Origin: Desulfosoma sp.
GTDB lineage: Bacteria > Desulfobacterota > Syntrophobacteria > Syntrophobacterales > DSM-9756
Assembly (NCBI GenBank): GCA_037481835.1
Contig: JBBFKW010000005.1
Coordinates: forward strand, 32,001-96,000
DNA length: 64,000 nucleotides
Reading direction: 5' to 3'
The notes under the pieces are model-generated. The model worked only from the letters and a program-made list of their open reading frames with translations, did no database searches and had not been told where the DNA came from. A program made the position numbers and the translations under genes. The first letter of the stretch is position 1; each line of letters opens with the position of its first letter. Positions 9,161 to 20,140 of the stretch are shown one piece after another.

Positions 9161-9655
9161 TTATTCCACCTTCAAGAAATTCTGCTTTTTGGCGCCGCAG
9201 ACGGGACAGCGTTCGGGCGGCTCATCGGCGATGGTGTACCCGCAAATACGGCAGATAAACCAATCCTTGACCGGAAAGTTTTCGGGATCCTTCAAGGCCT
9301 CTTCGTAAAGGCCCGCATGGATCTTTTCCACTTCGTTGGCGTAGGTGAAGCTGATCTCGGCCTGCCGATGCCCCTCCGCCTTGGCGTCTTCGATCATCTG
9401 CGGATACATGCTTTTGAATTCGTGGGTTTCTCCGGCAATGGCTTCCTGGAGGTTTTCCCGGGTGCTGCGGATGCCTTTGAGAACCCTAAGGTGCTTGTGG
9501 GCATGAATGGTTTCGGCCGCCGCCGCCGCTTCAAAGAGCTTGGCCACCCCGGGATAGCCTTCCTCCCGGGCTTTTTCGGCAAAAGCCAGGTACTTGCGGT
9601 TGGCTTGGGACTCACCGGCGAAGGCTTCCTTGAGATGCTTTTCCGTCTTGGACAT
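9161..9655 (-). CDS. rbr: Rubrerythrin
   Basis: AFAGESQANRKY, ETIHA, GETHE, EKIH; C-terminal CRICG...CPVCG. Confidence 0.92.
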   Translation of the reverse strand: MSKTEKHLKEAFAGESQANRKYLAFAEKAREEGYPGVAKLFEAAAAAETIHAHKHLRVLKGIRSTRENLQEAIAGETHEFKSMYPQMIEDAKAEGHRQAEISFTYANEVEKIHAGLYEEALKDPENFPVKDWFICRICGYTIADEPPERCPVCGAKKQNFLKVE

Positions 9656-9986
9656 CGTGCCCTCCTCCATCAAGGTTTCCACGCTTTACCATGCACCATG
9701 CAGACTCTGTTTGAGGGAAATCCCATGAAACACCTTAAACCCTAAGAACCACGGCGGGCTCTGTCAATGCACGTCGAGCTTTCTTGACACAACCCCGTAG
9801 ATCTGGAAGGATGAGCGCGGCTCTCGTTCCAGCGCCCATGCGCCGCCGATCCGGATCATCGATATCATCCCACGCTCACGGTTTTTCTTTTCCGTCGGTT
9901 ACGGACATCACGGCAGGATGGCGCAGCGTTGCCCCAAAAAACGCTGCTTGGGACACACCTGACATGTTTCATAGGAGGATGGGGTC

Positions 9987-10397
9987 ATGAGCACCGAGCT
10001 GACCGTCGGCATGAAAAGGGAACTGACGTTGAAAACCCGCCCCGAACATTCCGCCAAGCGCTTCTTCCACAACTTACCGGACGTTTTCGCCACCCCCTTT
10101 CTCGGGGGACTGATGGAACAGGTCTGCGCTGAACTGATCGACGAACACTTGGAGCCGGGCATGCAGTCCGTGGGCATGGCCATGAACCTTAAACATCTCG
10201 CCCCCACCCCTTTGGGCATGGAAGTCAAGGTCGTCGCCGAAGTGACGGCCGTGGAAGGTCGAAAACTGACCTTCGCCTTGGAAGCTTACGATGAAGTGGA
10301 AAAGATCGGGGAAGCCACCCACGAGCGGTTCATCATCAAAGCGGATAAGTTCAACACCCGGGTTTTGGAAAAAGCGCAGAAAATCTCCCCTTCATAA
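9987..10397 (+). CDS. Hotdog-fold thioesterase (FlK-like)
   Basis: VFATPFLGGLME, SVG...HLAPTPLG, IGEATHERFII. Confidence 0.85.
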   Translation: MSTELTVGMKRELTLKTRPEHSAKRFFHNLPDVFATPFLGGLMEQVCAELIDEHLEPGMQSVGMAMNLKHLAPTPLGMEVKVVAEVTAVEGRKLTFALEAYDEVEKIGEATHERFIIKADKFNTRVLEKAQKISPS

Positions 10398-10415
10398 CAG
10401 AGGACGGAGGGCGCC

Positions 10416-12431
10416 ATGGCCGCACAGCATCTGGACGCTTTTTTCCGGCCGCGCAGCGTGGCCGTGATCGGAGCCTCGGAAAGCCCGGAAAAGTACGGGA
10501 ACATCATCCTCAGAAACATTCTGGACGGGGGATTCCGAGGGGCCGTGTATCCCATCAACCCCAAGAGCGAATCCATCCTGGGGCTCCAGTGCTTTCGGAA
10601 CGTCAAGGACATCCCCGATACGGTGGATTTGGCCGTGGTGATCATCCCGGCTCGGCTGGTACCCCAGGCTGTCGCCGAATGCGGAGAAAAGGCCGTGAAG
10701 GCGGCGATAATCATCACGGGGGGATTCAGCGAAGCGGGCGCCGAAGGCGAGGCCCTCCAGCGCCAGGTGGCGGACATCGCCCGCAAGGCGGGCGTGCGCC
10801 TCATCGGCCCTAACTGCCAAGGGGTGAACAACCCCTATCATCCCCTGTGCGCGTCGTGGCCGCTTTTGCAGAAGCAGGGGCACGTGGCGGTGATCAGCCA
10901 AAGCGGCACGGTGGGCGCGGCCATGATGGATTGGTTTTCCGACGAAGATCTGGGCGTATCCTGTTTCGTGAGCCTCGGGAATCGAGCCGACGTGGATGAA
11001 ACGGACCTCATCGAGTATTTCAATGACGATCCCAACACCCGGGTCATCGCCCTTTATGTGGAAGGGATCAAGAGACCCGATGCCTTTCGACAGGCTTTGC
11101 ACCAGGCCGTGAAACCCATTGTGGTCCTCAAGGCGGGGCGCACCCCCAAAGGAAGAGTGGCCGCCGAATCGCACACCAAATCCTTGGCCGGAGCGGACGG
11201 GGTCTACGGGGCGCTTTTCAAAAGCCACGGGATCGTCCGCGCGGAAAACATCCAGGAATTTTTCGACTTTGCCAAGGCCTACGCTTACATGAAACAGCCC
11301 CCGGGAAACCGCATCCTGTTCATCACCACATCAGGCGGGGCGGGCATTTTGGCCACCGACGCCGCCGAAAAGGAAGGGCTCGACGTGGCGCCCCTGCCGT
11401 CCGAGCTGGCTGAAGCGCTGGAGGGCGTCATCCCCGCCCATGCCATTCGAGCGAATCCCCTGGACCTTACGGGCGACGCCAACGCGGCCATGTACCAGGC
11501 GGTCATGGAACGGGCGCGGCCTTATTACGATGTCTTGGGGGTAATCTTCGGCGATCCGGTGGAAAAAGCCGCCGACGTGGTCACTGCCGGAGCCGACGAA
11601 CTGGTCATTTTCCTCGGCGGCGCGGCCGTGGAAAAAGTGGAACGCAAGCGGATGCATCTCAAAGGCGTTCCGGTCTTTCCGACGCCGGAAAGGGGCGTGC
11701 GCGCCCTCGCCCAGCTCCTTCCCAAGGAAAAGCGCATCAAGCCGGCTCGGACCACGTTCGTGGAAGGCCACGTCCAAGGGCGGGCTTCAAGCCTCAGCGA
11801 ATGCCTCGCTTTTCTGGAAAAGCACGGCTTCGAGTGCATCTGCCATCGATTCGCGGAAAGCCCGGGCAAAGCCGTCCACGTGGCTCACCAGTTGGGGTTT
11901 CCCGTGGCTCTCAAGATCGACTCGCCGGACATTCTCCACAAGTCCGATGTGGGCGGCGTGCGCCTGAACCTTCGATCCGGCCAAGAAGTGCGGAAAGCCT
12001 ACGAAGACATGATGGCCAGTGCCCGCCGGGCGATGCCGCACGCCTCCATCCGCGGGGCCGTGGTCACCAGCATGGCCGCTTCGGGCGTGGAAGTCATCTT
12101 GGGCATGAACCGGGACCCGCAATTCGGCCCCGTTCTCCTTTTCGGCCTGGGCGGCGTGAGCGTGGAATTGTTCCGCGATGTGACCCTCAAGATTCTGCCC
12201 ATCACCCGGGACGACGCCTTCGCCATGCTGGAGGAAATCCAGGGAGCCCCGCTTCTTTCGGGTTATCGCGGATCCCGCCCCGTGGACAAGAACGCCTTGG
12301 CGGAAGCCATTCTCAAACTGGCCCAACTGGCCGAAAGCAACGACGATCTTTTGGAGGTCGACCTGAACCCCGTGTTTGCCTATTCGGAAGGGGTTCTCGT
12401 GGCCGATGCACGCCTTATCTGGAAGTCATGA
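10416..12431 (+). CDS. ADP-forming acetate/acyl-CoA ligase (fused alpha/beta)
   Basis: PRSVAVIGAS, GPNCQG, SQSG, AAESHTKSLAG (phospho-His), NPLDLTGD, C-terminal ATP-grasp HKSDVGGV. Confidence 0.9.
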   Translation: MAAQHLDAFFRPRSVAVIGASESPEKYGNIILRNILDGGFRGAVYPINPKSESILGLQCFRNVKDIPDTVDLAVVIIPARLVPQAVAECGEKAVKAAIIITGGFSEAGAEGEALQRQVADIARKAGVRLIGPNCQGVNNPYHPLCASWPLLQKQGHVAVISQSGTVGAAMMDWFSDEDLGVSCFVSLGNRADVDETDLIEYFNDDPNTRVIALYVEGIKRPDAFRQALHQAVKPIVVLKAGRTPKGRVAAESHTKSLAGADGVYGALFKSHGIVRAENIQEFFDFAKAYAYMKQPPGNRILFITTSGGAGILATDAAEKEGLDVAPLPSELAEALEGVIPAHAIRANPLDLTGDANAAMYQAVMERARPYYDVLGVIFGDPVEKAADVVTAGADELVIFLGGAAVEKVERKRMHLKGVPVFPTPERGVRALAQLLPKEKRIKPARTTFVEGHVQGRASSLSECLAFLEKHGFECICHRFAESPGKAVHVAHQLGFPVALKIDSPDILHKSDVGGVRLNLRSGQEVRKAYEDMMASARRAMPHASIRGAVVTSMAASGVEVILGMNRDPQFGPVLLFGLGGVSVELFRDVTLKILPITRDDAFAMLEEIQGAPLLSGYRGSRPVDKNALAEAILKLAQLAESNDDLLEVDLNPVFAYSEGVLVADARLIWKS

Positions 12432-13064
12432 GAAAGCCCGGCGGAGCCGTTCCAGTTCCTCCGAAGACAAAGGATCGGGCAGCCGGCCGCCCATAACCTG
12501 CGCCGCCAGGAGGCTCTTGGCGGCGTGTTCCATTTTTTCCAGGCGGTAGTAAGCCTGGCGCACATCACATCCCAGGGTCAGGGACCCATGGCGGGCGAGG
12601 AGCACGGCATTGTGCCCGATGACATAGGGCTCGACGGACCGGGGCACTTCGTCCGTCGACGGTGTGGCGTAGGGGGCTGTCGGCACGGGACCGACGGTCA
12701 GCCACACTTCCGGAAACACATCGGCCGGGAAAGGCACGCGGGCGAGGGTCATGGCGGTGAGCAAGGGCGGGTGGGCGTGCACCACGGCGTGAACATCCGG
12801 CCTTTTTTGGTAAACGAGCAGGTGCAGTCGGAACTCGCTGGAGGGTTTTCCCGATCCAAAAACCACGGCCCCCGTGTCGTTGACCACGATCAGCTCATGG
12901 ACCTCGATTTCCGCTTTCGCCCGGCCGCTCGGCGTGATGAGGTAGAGCCCTTCGGCCAGCCGGCAGCTCACATTGCCGTCGCTTGCCGCGATGAGCCCCG
13001 CCGCTGCAAGCTTTCGGCATGCCCAAATTATTTCCTCCCGAGCCTTTGACTCCGTTGATTCCAC
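12426..13064 (-). CDS. Class II aldolase/adducin family protein
   Basis: GNVS, ITPSG, PSSEFRLH, VVHAHP, LARHG; GTG start after AGGAGG. Confidence 0.88.
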   Translation of the reverse strand: MESTESKAREEIIWACRKLAAAGLIAASDGNVSCRLAEGLYLITPSGRAKAEIEVHELIVVNDTGAVVFGSGKPSSEFRLHLLVYQKRPDVHAVVHAHPPLLTAMTLARVPFPADVFPEVWLTVGPVPTAPYATPSTDEVPRSVEPYVIGHNAVLLARHGSLTLGCDVRQAYYRLEKMEHAAKSLLAAQVMGGRLPDPLSSEELERLRRAFS

Positions 13065-13241
13065 CTCATCCCTCCTGAGAGACCTCGTCTGCCCATTCTT
13101 CAATTTTCCCGGCGGCTATGCTAGGCTCCTTGGGCACGCTTTGCAACAGTGACCCGGAAGGGTCTTCGGACCGGGCCCGACGGGACCGTGGCGAAAAAGC
13201 GATGCCATTCCAGGGCGCTTCAAGGAGGAAAAAGGGACGGT

Positions 13242-14300
13242 ATGCTCAAATGGTTTCGGAAGAAAACCGAGGAGCCTGTGCCGGACGGACCCGAAACGGG
13301 GGGCGTCGAGGCGGAAGCCTCGCTCCCCGATAAGGACGTTTCGGGCGAACCCGACAAGGACACTCCGGGCGACGAGGTTCGAGAGGCCCAGGGCGGTTTT
13401 TGGGCCGGTCTCAGGGACCGGCTGGCCAAAAGCCGAGAGCGCTTGGCCGACCGGGTAGATCGCCTGGTTCTGGGCAAGAAGCACATCGATGCCGGCCTGT
13501 TGGACGAACTGGAAGAAGTGCTCATCACGGCCGACCTCGGCGTGCAGACAACCCGGATCCTTTTGGATCGCGTCCATGAGAGGGTCAAGAGGAACGAGCT
13601 GCACGACCCGGCAAAGCTTCGAGAAGCGCTCAGAGAGGAAATCCAGGCCATCCTTTCCGTGGACGCCCCGCCGTTCGATCCTACGCGAGCGAAACCTTTC
13701 GTCATGATGATCATCGGGGTCAACGGAGTGGGCAAGACGACCACCATCGGCAAACTGGCGCATGGATTTCGCCGAAGCGGTCTGGCGCCCATGCTCGTGG
13801 CCGCAGATACGTTTCGCGCGGCCGCCGTCGAGCAGTTGGAACGGTGGGCGGAGCGCATCGGCGTCCCCATCATCAGACAGCAAAGCGGCGCAGATCCCAG
13901 CGCCGTCGTCTTCGACGCTTTGGATGCGGCCCTGGCCCGCCAAGTGGATGTGGTCCTGATCGATACGGCCGGGCGCATGCACACCAAAGTGAACCTCATG
14001 GAAGAACTGAAAAAGGTTCATCGGGTCATTCAAAGGAAGATCCCCGAGGCCCCCCAGGAAATCCTACTCGTTTTGGACGCCACCACCGGCCAAAACGCCA
14101 TGAGCCAAGCCCGTCTTTTTCAGGAAGCCCTGGGGATCACGGGCCTCATTCTCACCAAACTGGATGGGACCGCCAAAGGCGGAGTCATCGTCCCCATCTG
14201 CCATGAACTCAAGCTCCCCGTGCGATACATCGGCGTCGGCGAAGGCGTGGATGACCTGCGACCTTTCGATGCCGCCGAATTCGCTCGGGCCGTGCTTTAG
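13242..14300 (+). CDS. ftsY: Signal recognition particle receptor FtsY
   Basis: [42 protein letters not shown]. Confidence 0.96.
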   Translation: MLKWFRKKTEEPVPDGPETGGVEAEASLPDKDVSGEPDKDTPGDEVREAQGGFWAGLRDRLAKSRERLADRVDRLVLGKKHIDAGLLDELEEVLITADLGVQTTRILLDRVHERVKRNELHDPAKLREALREEIQAILSVDAPPFDPTRAKPFVMMIIGVNGVGKTTTIGKLAHGFRRSGLAPMLVAADTFRAAAVEQLERWAERIGVPIIRQQSGADPSAVVFDALDAALARQVDVVLIDTAGRMHTKVNLMEELKKVHRVIQRKIPEAPQEILLVLDATTGQNAMSQARLFQEALGITGLILTKLDGTAKGGVIVPICHELKLPVRYIGVGEGVDDLRPFDAAEFARAVL

Positions 14301-14380
14301 GAATCTGCAGCCCCTTCGAACCAGCCCCCTTGGGGGACGGCTCCAAAACGCTTTCTTGCCGGTTTGAAAAGGAGAAGACC

Positions 14381-15559
14381 ATGGCGGGTCCTTTTGCAGG
14401 TGTTCGGGTTTTGGATCTTTCCCGGCTTCTTCCGGGGCCTTTCTGCTCCATGCTCTTGGCGGATCTGGGAGCCGACGTCATCAAGATCGAAGATCCCAAA
14501 ATCGGCGACTACATTCGATGGTGGCCCCCCAAAATCGGGAAAAACAGCGGCTTCCATGTGGTCCTCAACCGCAACAAACGCTCCGTCACCCTCAATCTCA
14601 AGGACCCGAAAGGGCAGGACATTTTCCGAAAGTTGGTGGGCACGGCGGACGTGGTTCTGGAAGGCTTCCGTCCTGGGGTCATGGGCCGGTTCGGGTTGGA
14701 CTATGAAAGCCTCCGGAGCCTTCACCCGAAAATCATTTATTGCGCCATCACGGGCTACGGGCAAGAAGGCGAACGCGCCATGCGCGCAGGGCATGACATC
14801 AATTACCTGGCCCTGAGCGGTGTCTTGTCTTATTGCGGTCCTGGGCCGGCTCCCGCTTTACCCGGCGTTCAGATCGGCGATCTGGGCGGGGGCGCGCTCA
14901 TGGCGGCCTTCAGCATCGCCGCCGCTCTCTTCGCCCGAGAACGCACGGGTGAAGGGCAAATGATCGACATCTCCATGACCGACGGCGCCGCCATGTGGAA
15001 CTGCCTGCGATGGGGAAAAATGCTCGCCGACGGCAAGATCCCCGCTCCCGGCGACGATCTGCTGAACCACGGCCTGGCCTGCTACAATCTTTACCGCACC
15101 AAAGACGGCCGCTACATGAGCCTTGGAGCTCTGGAACCCCAGTTTTGGAAGGCGTTTTGCCGTGTGATGAAGCGGCCGGAGTGGGATCGGGAGGACTATT
15201 TCGATCCGGGCCCTCATCAAAAAGCCCTGGCCGAAGAGATTTCGGCGGCGTTTTTGGAAAAAACCCAAGGAGAATGGATCGAAGTCTTTCAAGGGATGGA
15301 TTGCTGCTGTGAGCCGGTTCTGAACCTGGATGAGGTGATGGCCGACCCGGCAATGAGGGCGCGTCGCATGGTGGTGGAGCTGACCCACGAACTTTGGGGG
15401 ACGTATCGGCAGATGGGCTGCGCGCCCAAATTTTCGGCGCATCCCGCCGAACTGCGCTCCCACGCCCCGGAGTTGGGGGAACACACCCAGGAAGTGCTCG
15501 AGCATATTGGGGTTGCCCCCGATGAACTCAAGGCGCTGCGTTCGCAAGGCGTGGTCTGA
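14381..15559 (+). CDS. CaiB/BaiF family III CoA-transferase
   Basis: VLDLSRLLPGPF, NRNKRS, EGFRPGV, AGHDINY, APELGEHT. Confidence 0.92.
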   Translation: MAGPFAGVRVLDLSRLLPGPFCSMLLADLGADVIKIEDPKIGDYIRWWPPKIGKNSGFHVVLNRNKRSVTLNLKDPKGQDIFRKLVGTADVVLEGFRPGVMGRFGLDYESLRSLHPKIIYCAITGYGQEGERAMRAGHDINYLALSGVLSYCGPGPAPALPGVQIGDLGGGALMAAFSIAAALFARERTGEGQMIDISMTDGAAMWNCLRWGKMLADGKIPAPGDDLLNHGLACYNLYRTKDGRYMSLGALEPQFWKAFCRVMKRPEWDREDYFDPGPHQKALAEEISAAFLEKTQGEWIEVFQGMDCCCEPVLNLDEVMADPAMRARRMVVELTHELWGTYRQMGCAPKFSAHPAELRSHAPELGEHTQEVLEHIGVAPDELKALRSQGVV

Positions 15560-15706
15560 ACCCTAAAAGGGCTTCGGGCCGGCACGCGGCCGATGGGATC
15601 ACGTCGGCGCCCGTTGTCCTTTACGGCGCCGCATCATGTGACGGGTGGGGTGAGCGCCTTTCGCCTTCCGTAATGCGCAACACTTTAAGGGTGAAGGAAA
15701 TAGCGC

Positions 15707-15752
15707 CTTGGCGGCTTGGCACGAGAAAAAAGCCTCGCGCAAAGACGCAAAG
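15707..15752. repeat. Short imperfect palindromic intergenic element
   Basis: CTTGGCGGCTTGGCACGAG-AAAAAAGC-CTCGCGCAAAGACGCAAAG between convergent genes. Confidence 0.4.
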
Positions 15753-15868
15753 AAAGCCTCGTGCGCGGTAACGGGGGAGTGGGACACCTTACGCCGCACG
15801 AGAGCGCTTTAGCACCCCAGGGGCGGAGTTTCACCGTTTTCCCAAGGCGGCTGCAACGCTATGAGCGT

Positions 15869-16120
15869 CTAACGGGAATGGCCCGGCAACTCAAGGGTGG
15901 TGCAGCTGTTTCCAGGCGAACAGCTTTTGGTGGTCAGGCGAGGGGAATCCGCTCCGGACGATGAAGAACGGCCCATGACATAACTCACCCGGCTCAACAC
16001 GCGTTCCATTTCTTCGCCGCGGCATTGTTCGCACACAACGCTCACCGAGCCTTGCGAACCGGTTGTGAGAATTTCCTGGATATGACCGCATCGGGTGCAA
16101 CGGAATTCGTAAATGGGCAT
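15869..16120 (-). CDS. FmdB-family zinc-ribbon protein
   Basis: MPIYEFRCTRCG...CEQC...ERVLS. Confidence 0.85.
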   Translation of the reverse strand: MPIYEFRCTRCGHIQEILTTGSQGSVSVVCEQCRGEEMERVLSRVSYVMGRSSSSGADSPRLTTKSCSPGNSCTTLELPGHSR

Positions 16121-16198
16121 TGTTTTCCCTCGACAGTGAAAGTGAGATCCTGAAAATCAAATGCACAAATACGCTAGCAAAGCCCGACCCGCAAGTCA

Positions 16199-17125
16199 AT
16201 GAACGACGGCGCACATCAAGACACCGACGCCACGGCAAACGCGATAACCTTTGCAGACCACGGGGCGATGCGGAAAGGGGAAGGCCGCTCCCTCTGCGCC
16301 CCCGACCCGTGGCGCAGCTGTTTTGGGTGCTGTCCCCCAATCCGGCCGGCCCATTACGACCCATTGGATTGGGTATCGTCCTTGAAACGCGAATTTCGCG
16401 AAAACCGCGAACTTTTTTCCATGAATCGACGGTTCGGCAGGCCTATCATCGGGTTTTCGTGTTGGGCTTTGGGATACCTCGACCCGGACGGGCGGCACAT
16501 CGGCTGCCTCCTCCACCCGGCGCGGCATGGAGGACGCGACCTTCGGCATCTTACGGGCTACCGCGAAAAATGCGCCAGGGAATTCTGCATGCAGGCCAAG
16601 CACTTCGAGCGACTCAGCCCCCATGCCCAATCCTTTTGGCTCGGCCTTACCAAAGGGTTGGGATCTTTTTACTATTCCAGCCGCAGGGCCAATCCCCTTT
16701 TTCATCTGCTCTTGTGGGGTCCGACCGTCCTTGAAAAAATGGCCGCCCGAGGCCGAATGCAATCACTTTCTGTAACAGAGCTGGTCCATCGGTACCCCTT
16801 CTTGGTCCATGAGAGGTGGAACCCTCGAGGGCACCGCTTTCTGATGGAAAGGGTTCTTCAAACGTCTCGCGAGCCCGTTGTTTCGGACAACCAAGAAATA
16901 GAAGCTGCGGCTCAAAGTATTCACGAGGCCGTGTGCCGCGAACTCGTGCGGCTTGGTGAGGCCTTGTTCCGCCCCCCGCTTCTCTATGTGCACCGGGCCT
17001 GCTCAAGCGATGCCTTTGCGGATTATCTGCGCAAGATTCACGGAATCTTCAAGGCCAACGACCGGGCGCTGGCTCACATCGAGGAGCGAACCAGGCGGTG
17101 GGTTCGGCGACTCTCGGCGTCATAG
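16199..17125 (+). CDS. Cys-rich hypothetical protein (possible Fe-S/Zn binding)
   Basis: 308-aa ORF with SCFGCCP, CWALGYLD, IGCLLHP, CAREFC; start uncertain. Confidence 0.65.
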   Translation: MNDGAHQDTDATANAITFADHGAMRKGEGRSLCAPDPWRSCFGCCPPIRPAHYDPLDWVSSLKREFRENRELFSMNRRFGRPIIGFSCWALGYLDPDGRHIGCLLHPARHGGRDLRHLTGYREKCAREFCMQAKHFERLSPHAQSFWLGLTKGLGSFYYSSRRANPLFHLLLWGPTVLEKMAARGRMQSLSVTELVHRYPFLVHERWNPRGHRFLMERVLQTSREPVVSDNQEIEAAAQSIHEAVCRELVRLGEALFRPPLLYVHRACSSDAFADYLRKIHGIFKANDRALAHIEERTRRWVRRLSAS

Positions 17126-17205
17126 CTCAGAGAAAGCCCGGGCGGTGAGCGCAGCGCATCGCAAGAAAAATCGCCGAGGCCGCCGCGCGAGACGACATCA
17201 GGCCG

Positions 17206-17594
17206 CGGCGAGACAACCAAGGATGAAAGTGGCATTTGCGAAGGAGGGTTATATGAAAATCGCGGCCGGAATCCGGGAGGGCAGGATGTTGGCGGGCGAA
17301 TGTAGGTTGGGGTGAGCAAAGCGAACCCCAACAAAAATCGAGGATACGCTCGCACGTCGCAGTGTCGCAACGAAGGATGAAACTCGACCCCCGGAAGCTT
17401 CTCCGAAAATCTTACACGAAAGTCTTCGTAACACACCGTAACCATGAAACTTTCATTCTTCTTCGTCACGGGCTGCCCGTGATGGGGGGTATATGAAAGT
17501 CGCGGCCGGAATCCGGGAGGGCAGAACCTTCAGGGTTTGTTGTCTCGCCGGATCCAGGTCTGGGTTGGGGTTCGCTGCGCTCACCCCAACCTAC
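17206..17594. repeat. Mosaic of REP-like inverted pair and direct repeats
   Basis: GTAGGTTGGGGTGAGC..GCGAACCCCAAC at 17302-17332, inverted at 17564-17594; 35-bp direct repeat at 17250-17284 and 17490-17524; 12-bp inverted repeat at 17206-17217 and 17539-17550. Confidence 0.75.
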
Positions 17595-17666
17595 GAGTTT
17601 ATTCAAGGATGTTGAAGGATGCCGGCTGAGACGAGAAAAATCGAGCCTTCTCCTCCCTTCATCTCC

Positions 17667-18557
17667 CTAGGAGTGGCTCGGTGGGGGCGGGTCACCGGGC
17701 GGGTTGAGCCGTTTTTCGCTTTCCAAAAGTCTTTCGGTGATCTGCTCACACGCAAAGAGCAGCGATTCCAGATCGAGGGTTTCCAGAACTCGAGCGTCGA
17801 AAAGGAACTTGACCCGGGCCGGAAATCCTTCTTCGGCGTCTTCCGCCCACCACAGCAACCGCAGGCGCACTTTGGGCAGGAGCGCGCATTCGCCGATCCA
17901 GTCGGCCTGGCCCTCTCCGCCTTGAACCTCTTGGCAAAGGCTCGAGGCGGCCCGGCGAAGGGCGCCATCATCGTCGGCGAAGGCTCTTGCCAACGGCTCC
18001 TCGCAATGGGCTCTGAGGCTTTTGATCTTGGAGACGGAGTTGGGAAGGCTTTCCATCCCGACCCACCGTCCGGACGGCTCCACCGCCCCCCCGATCACGT
18101 AATTATAGAGGAAAATCTTCTCCCATGGACTCAAGGCGCGCCCCCCGAGGGAAACGACGTCCTCGGCGGTTACAAGGACGACGTCGTCCAAGTAGGGCAG
18201 ACGCAGCCCCGGAACGGCTCCCTCGAGAAGAGAAAAGTCCGCACCCACTGCGGAGGCGTTCCTCGGGGTCAGCCACGGGGTGACTTCCGATCGGAGAAAT
18301 TCCAGGGTTTTCTCGAAACTTTCCCGTTTCTTGCCAACGCCATGACCCAGTTGCCGCTCAAGGCGTTCTCGAAGGGGCTGGAGTGCAGCCGCATCCAAGT
18401 GCGGACACGCATCGAGGGGGCTTTCTCCGACGACAGCCTGCGTGGCGAAAGCCAAACACGTGGGATGCCCGCACTCCCCGCAGTTGGTCCTAAGGGTGAT
18501 CCGGTACAGATCCAAAGGAACGACCCGGTTCTTCAAAAGATCCCTCTTGTTATCCAC
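17667..18557 (-). CDS. Fe-S domain + DUF3786 protein
   Basis: N-terminal TNCGECGHPTCLAFA...CP; C-terminal LPKV...EEGFPARVKFLFD. Confidence 0.8.
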   Translation of the reverse strand: MDNKRDLLKNRVVPLDLYRITLRTNCGECGHPTCLAFATQAVVGESPLDACPHLDAAALQPLRERLERQLGHGVGKKRESFEKTLEFLRSEVTPWLTPRNASAVGADFSLLEGAVPGLRLPYLDDVVLVTAEDVVSLGGRALSPWEKIFLYNYVIGGAVEPSGRWVGMESLPNSVSKIKSLRAHCEEPLARAFADDDGALRRAASSLCQEVQGGEGQADWIGECALLPKVRLRLLWWAEDAEEGFPARVKFLFDARVLETLDLESLLFACEQITERLLESEKRLNPPGDPPPPSHS

Positions 18558-18800
18558 GGTTCTCCCATCCCTTCATTTTCCAACGGTTGTTTCCCCTACG
18601 GGCGAGGCGCCCTGAACACGTTCTACTTATAATCATTGGTCGAAGAACCGTTGAGACCACCGGTAAAAAACTTTCCGTCCGCCTTATCTTGACGATCGTC
18701 GAAGGGTCCTTTAATTTTCTCAGCGGATACAAACCAAAGATCGAAGACTCCGCCGATTATGAGCGCATCCGGCGCACGGCCTTTTAGGAGGTGGCACGAG

Positions 18801-19253
18801 GTGAACGCCTGCCATGGGACATTGATGAGCGAAATCTTAAGCATGAAAGACCGCATGGACTTTCTCTATCGCGAAACGGTCCGGGAGGTCCGATCAGACC
18901 CCGAGTCGGCCCACGATGGGGACCGAAAGTGGGAACCCCTGGCCGACACCTTTGAAGACGACCAAGAATGGATCGCGGTGGTGGATCTTCCCGGCGTTTC
19001 GGAAAGCGACTTGACCGTGGAAATGCGCTCCAACATCTTGACCTTGACGGGCAAGAGATCGCACCGTCCCCATGGCGGGAAAGAGGCTTTGGAATGCCAA
19101 AGGCCTCAGGGACCGTTCAAGAAGGAATGGGTACTTCCGGAAAATATCGAGCCGGATCAGGTGTCCGCGGATTACCGTAACGGCGTGCTGACCATCGTGG
19201 TCCCCAAAAGGCCTGTGCCGGCCCGAAAGGTGCCCGTGCGTTCGGAAATCTGA
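18801..19253 (+). CDS. Small heat shock protein (Hsp20)
   Basis: WEPLADTFE, VDLPGV, LTLTG, ADYRNGVLTIVVPK; GTG start after AGGAGG (alternative ATG at 18825). Confidence 0.88.
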   Translation: MNACHGTLMSEILSMKDRMDFLYRETVREVRSDPESAHDGDRKWEPLADTFEDDQEWIAVVDLPGVSESDLTVEMRSNILTLTGKRSHRPHGGKEALECQRPQGPFKKEWVLPENIEPDQVSADYRNGVLTIVVPKRPVPARKVPVRSEI

Positions 19254-19277
19254 TCGAAGGCTCGAGGAGGTTAAGCC

Positions 19278-20135
19278 ATGGCAAACCGTTTTCGCACAAT
19301 GATTCTCCTGACGGCCCTGACGATGCTCATCGTCTTTTTGGGCAAGCTCCTGGGCGGAAGCCAAGGCATGCTCATCGCCCTGGTCCTCGCCCTGGTCATG
19401 AATTTCGGGAGCTACTGGTTTTCCGACAAAATCGTCCTGGCCATGTATCGCGCCCGGACGGTCGCCGAGGACGAAGCCCCGGAACTGTACCGCATGGTGC
19501 GCGAGCTGGCCGTGAGCGCCGGGCTTCCCATGCCGAAAGTGGCCATCATCCCGTCGGAGACGCCCAACGCGTTCGCAACGGGCCGAAATCCCGAGAAGGC
19601 CGTGGTGGCCGTAACCGAGGGGATTCTGCGGCTGCTCAGCGCCGATGAACTGCGCGGCGTGTTGGCCCATGAACTGGCGCATGTGAAAAACCGGGACATT
19701 TTGGTGGGAACCATTGCCGCGGCCCTCGCCGGGGCCATCATGTTCATCGCCGACATGGTGCGCTGGAGCGCCATTTTCGGCGGCTTTCGCGGAAGCGATG
19801 ACGATGAGGGCGGGGGATTGGGCATCGTCGGCGCCATGGCCGTCGCCATTGTGGCGCCCTTGGCGGCCATGATCATTCAGATGGCCATTTCCCGGTCCCG
19901 GGAGTACTTGGCCGACGAGACCGGGGCGATGATTGCCCAAAACCCCCTGGGACTCGCCAAGGCTCTGGAAAAACTGGCCATCGCCTCCCAAAGGATCCCC
20001 ATGGTGGAGGCCAAACCCTCTACCGCCCACCTGTTCATCGTCAACCCGCTCTCCGGCGGCGCCTTGCTGAACTTGTTCAGCACCCATCCTCCCATTGAAG
20101 AGCGGATCCGAAGGCTTCGGGCCATGGCTCGATAG
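19278..20135 (+). CDS. htpX: Zinc metalloprotease HtpX
   Basis: [36 protein letters not shown]. Confidence 0.95.
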   Translation: MANRFRTMILLTALTMLIVFLGKLLGGSQGMLIALVLALVMNFGSYWFSDKIVLAMYRARTVAEDEAPELYRMVRELAVSAGLPMPKVAIIPSETPNAFATGRNPEKAVVAVTEGILRLLSADELRGVLAHELAHVKNRDILVGTIAAALAGAIMFIADMVRWSAIFGGFRGSDDDEGGGLGIVGAMAVAIVAPLAAMIIQMAISRSREYLADETGAMIAQNPLGLAKALEKLAIASQRIPMVEAKPSTAHLFIVNPLSGGALLNLFSTHPPIEERIRRLRAMAR

Positions 20136-20140
20136 AGGGG

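Noticed and set aside
17250..17524. 35-bp direct repeats as a CRISPR array
   Set aside because: Only two copies, about 205 bp between them, and no cas genes.
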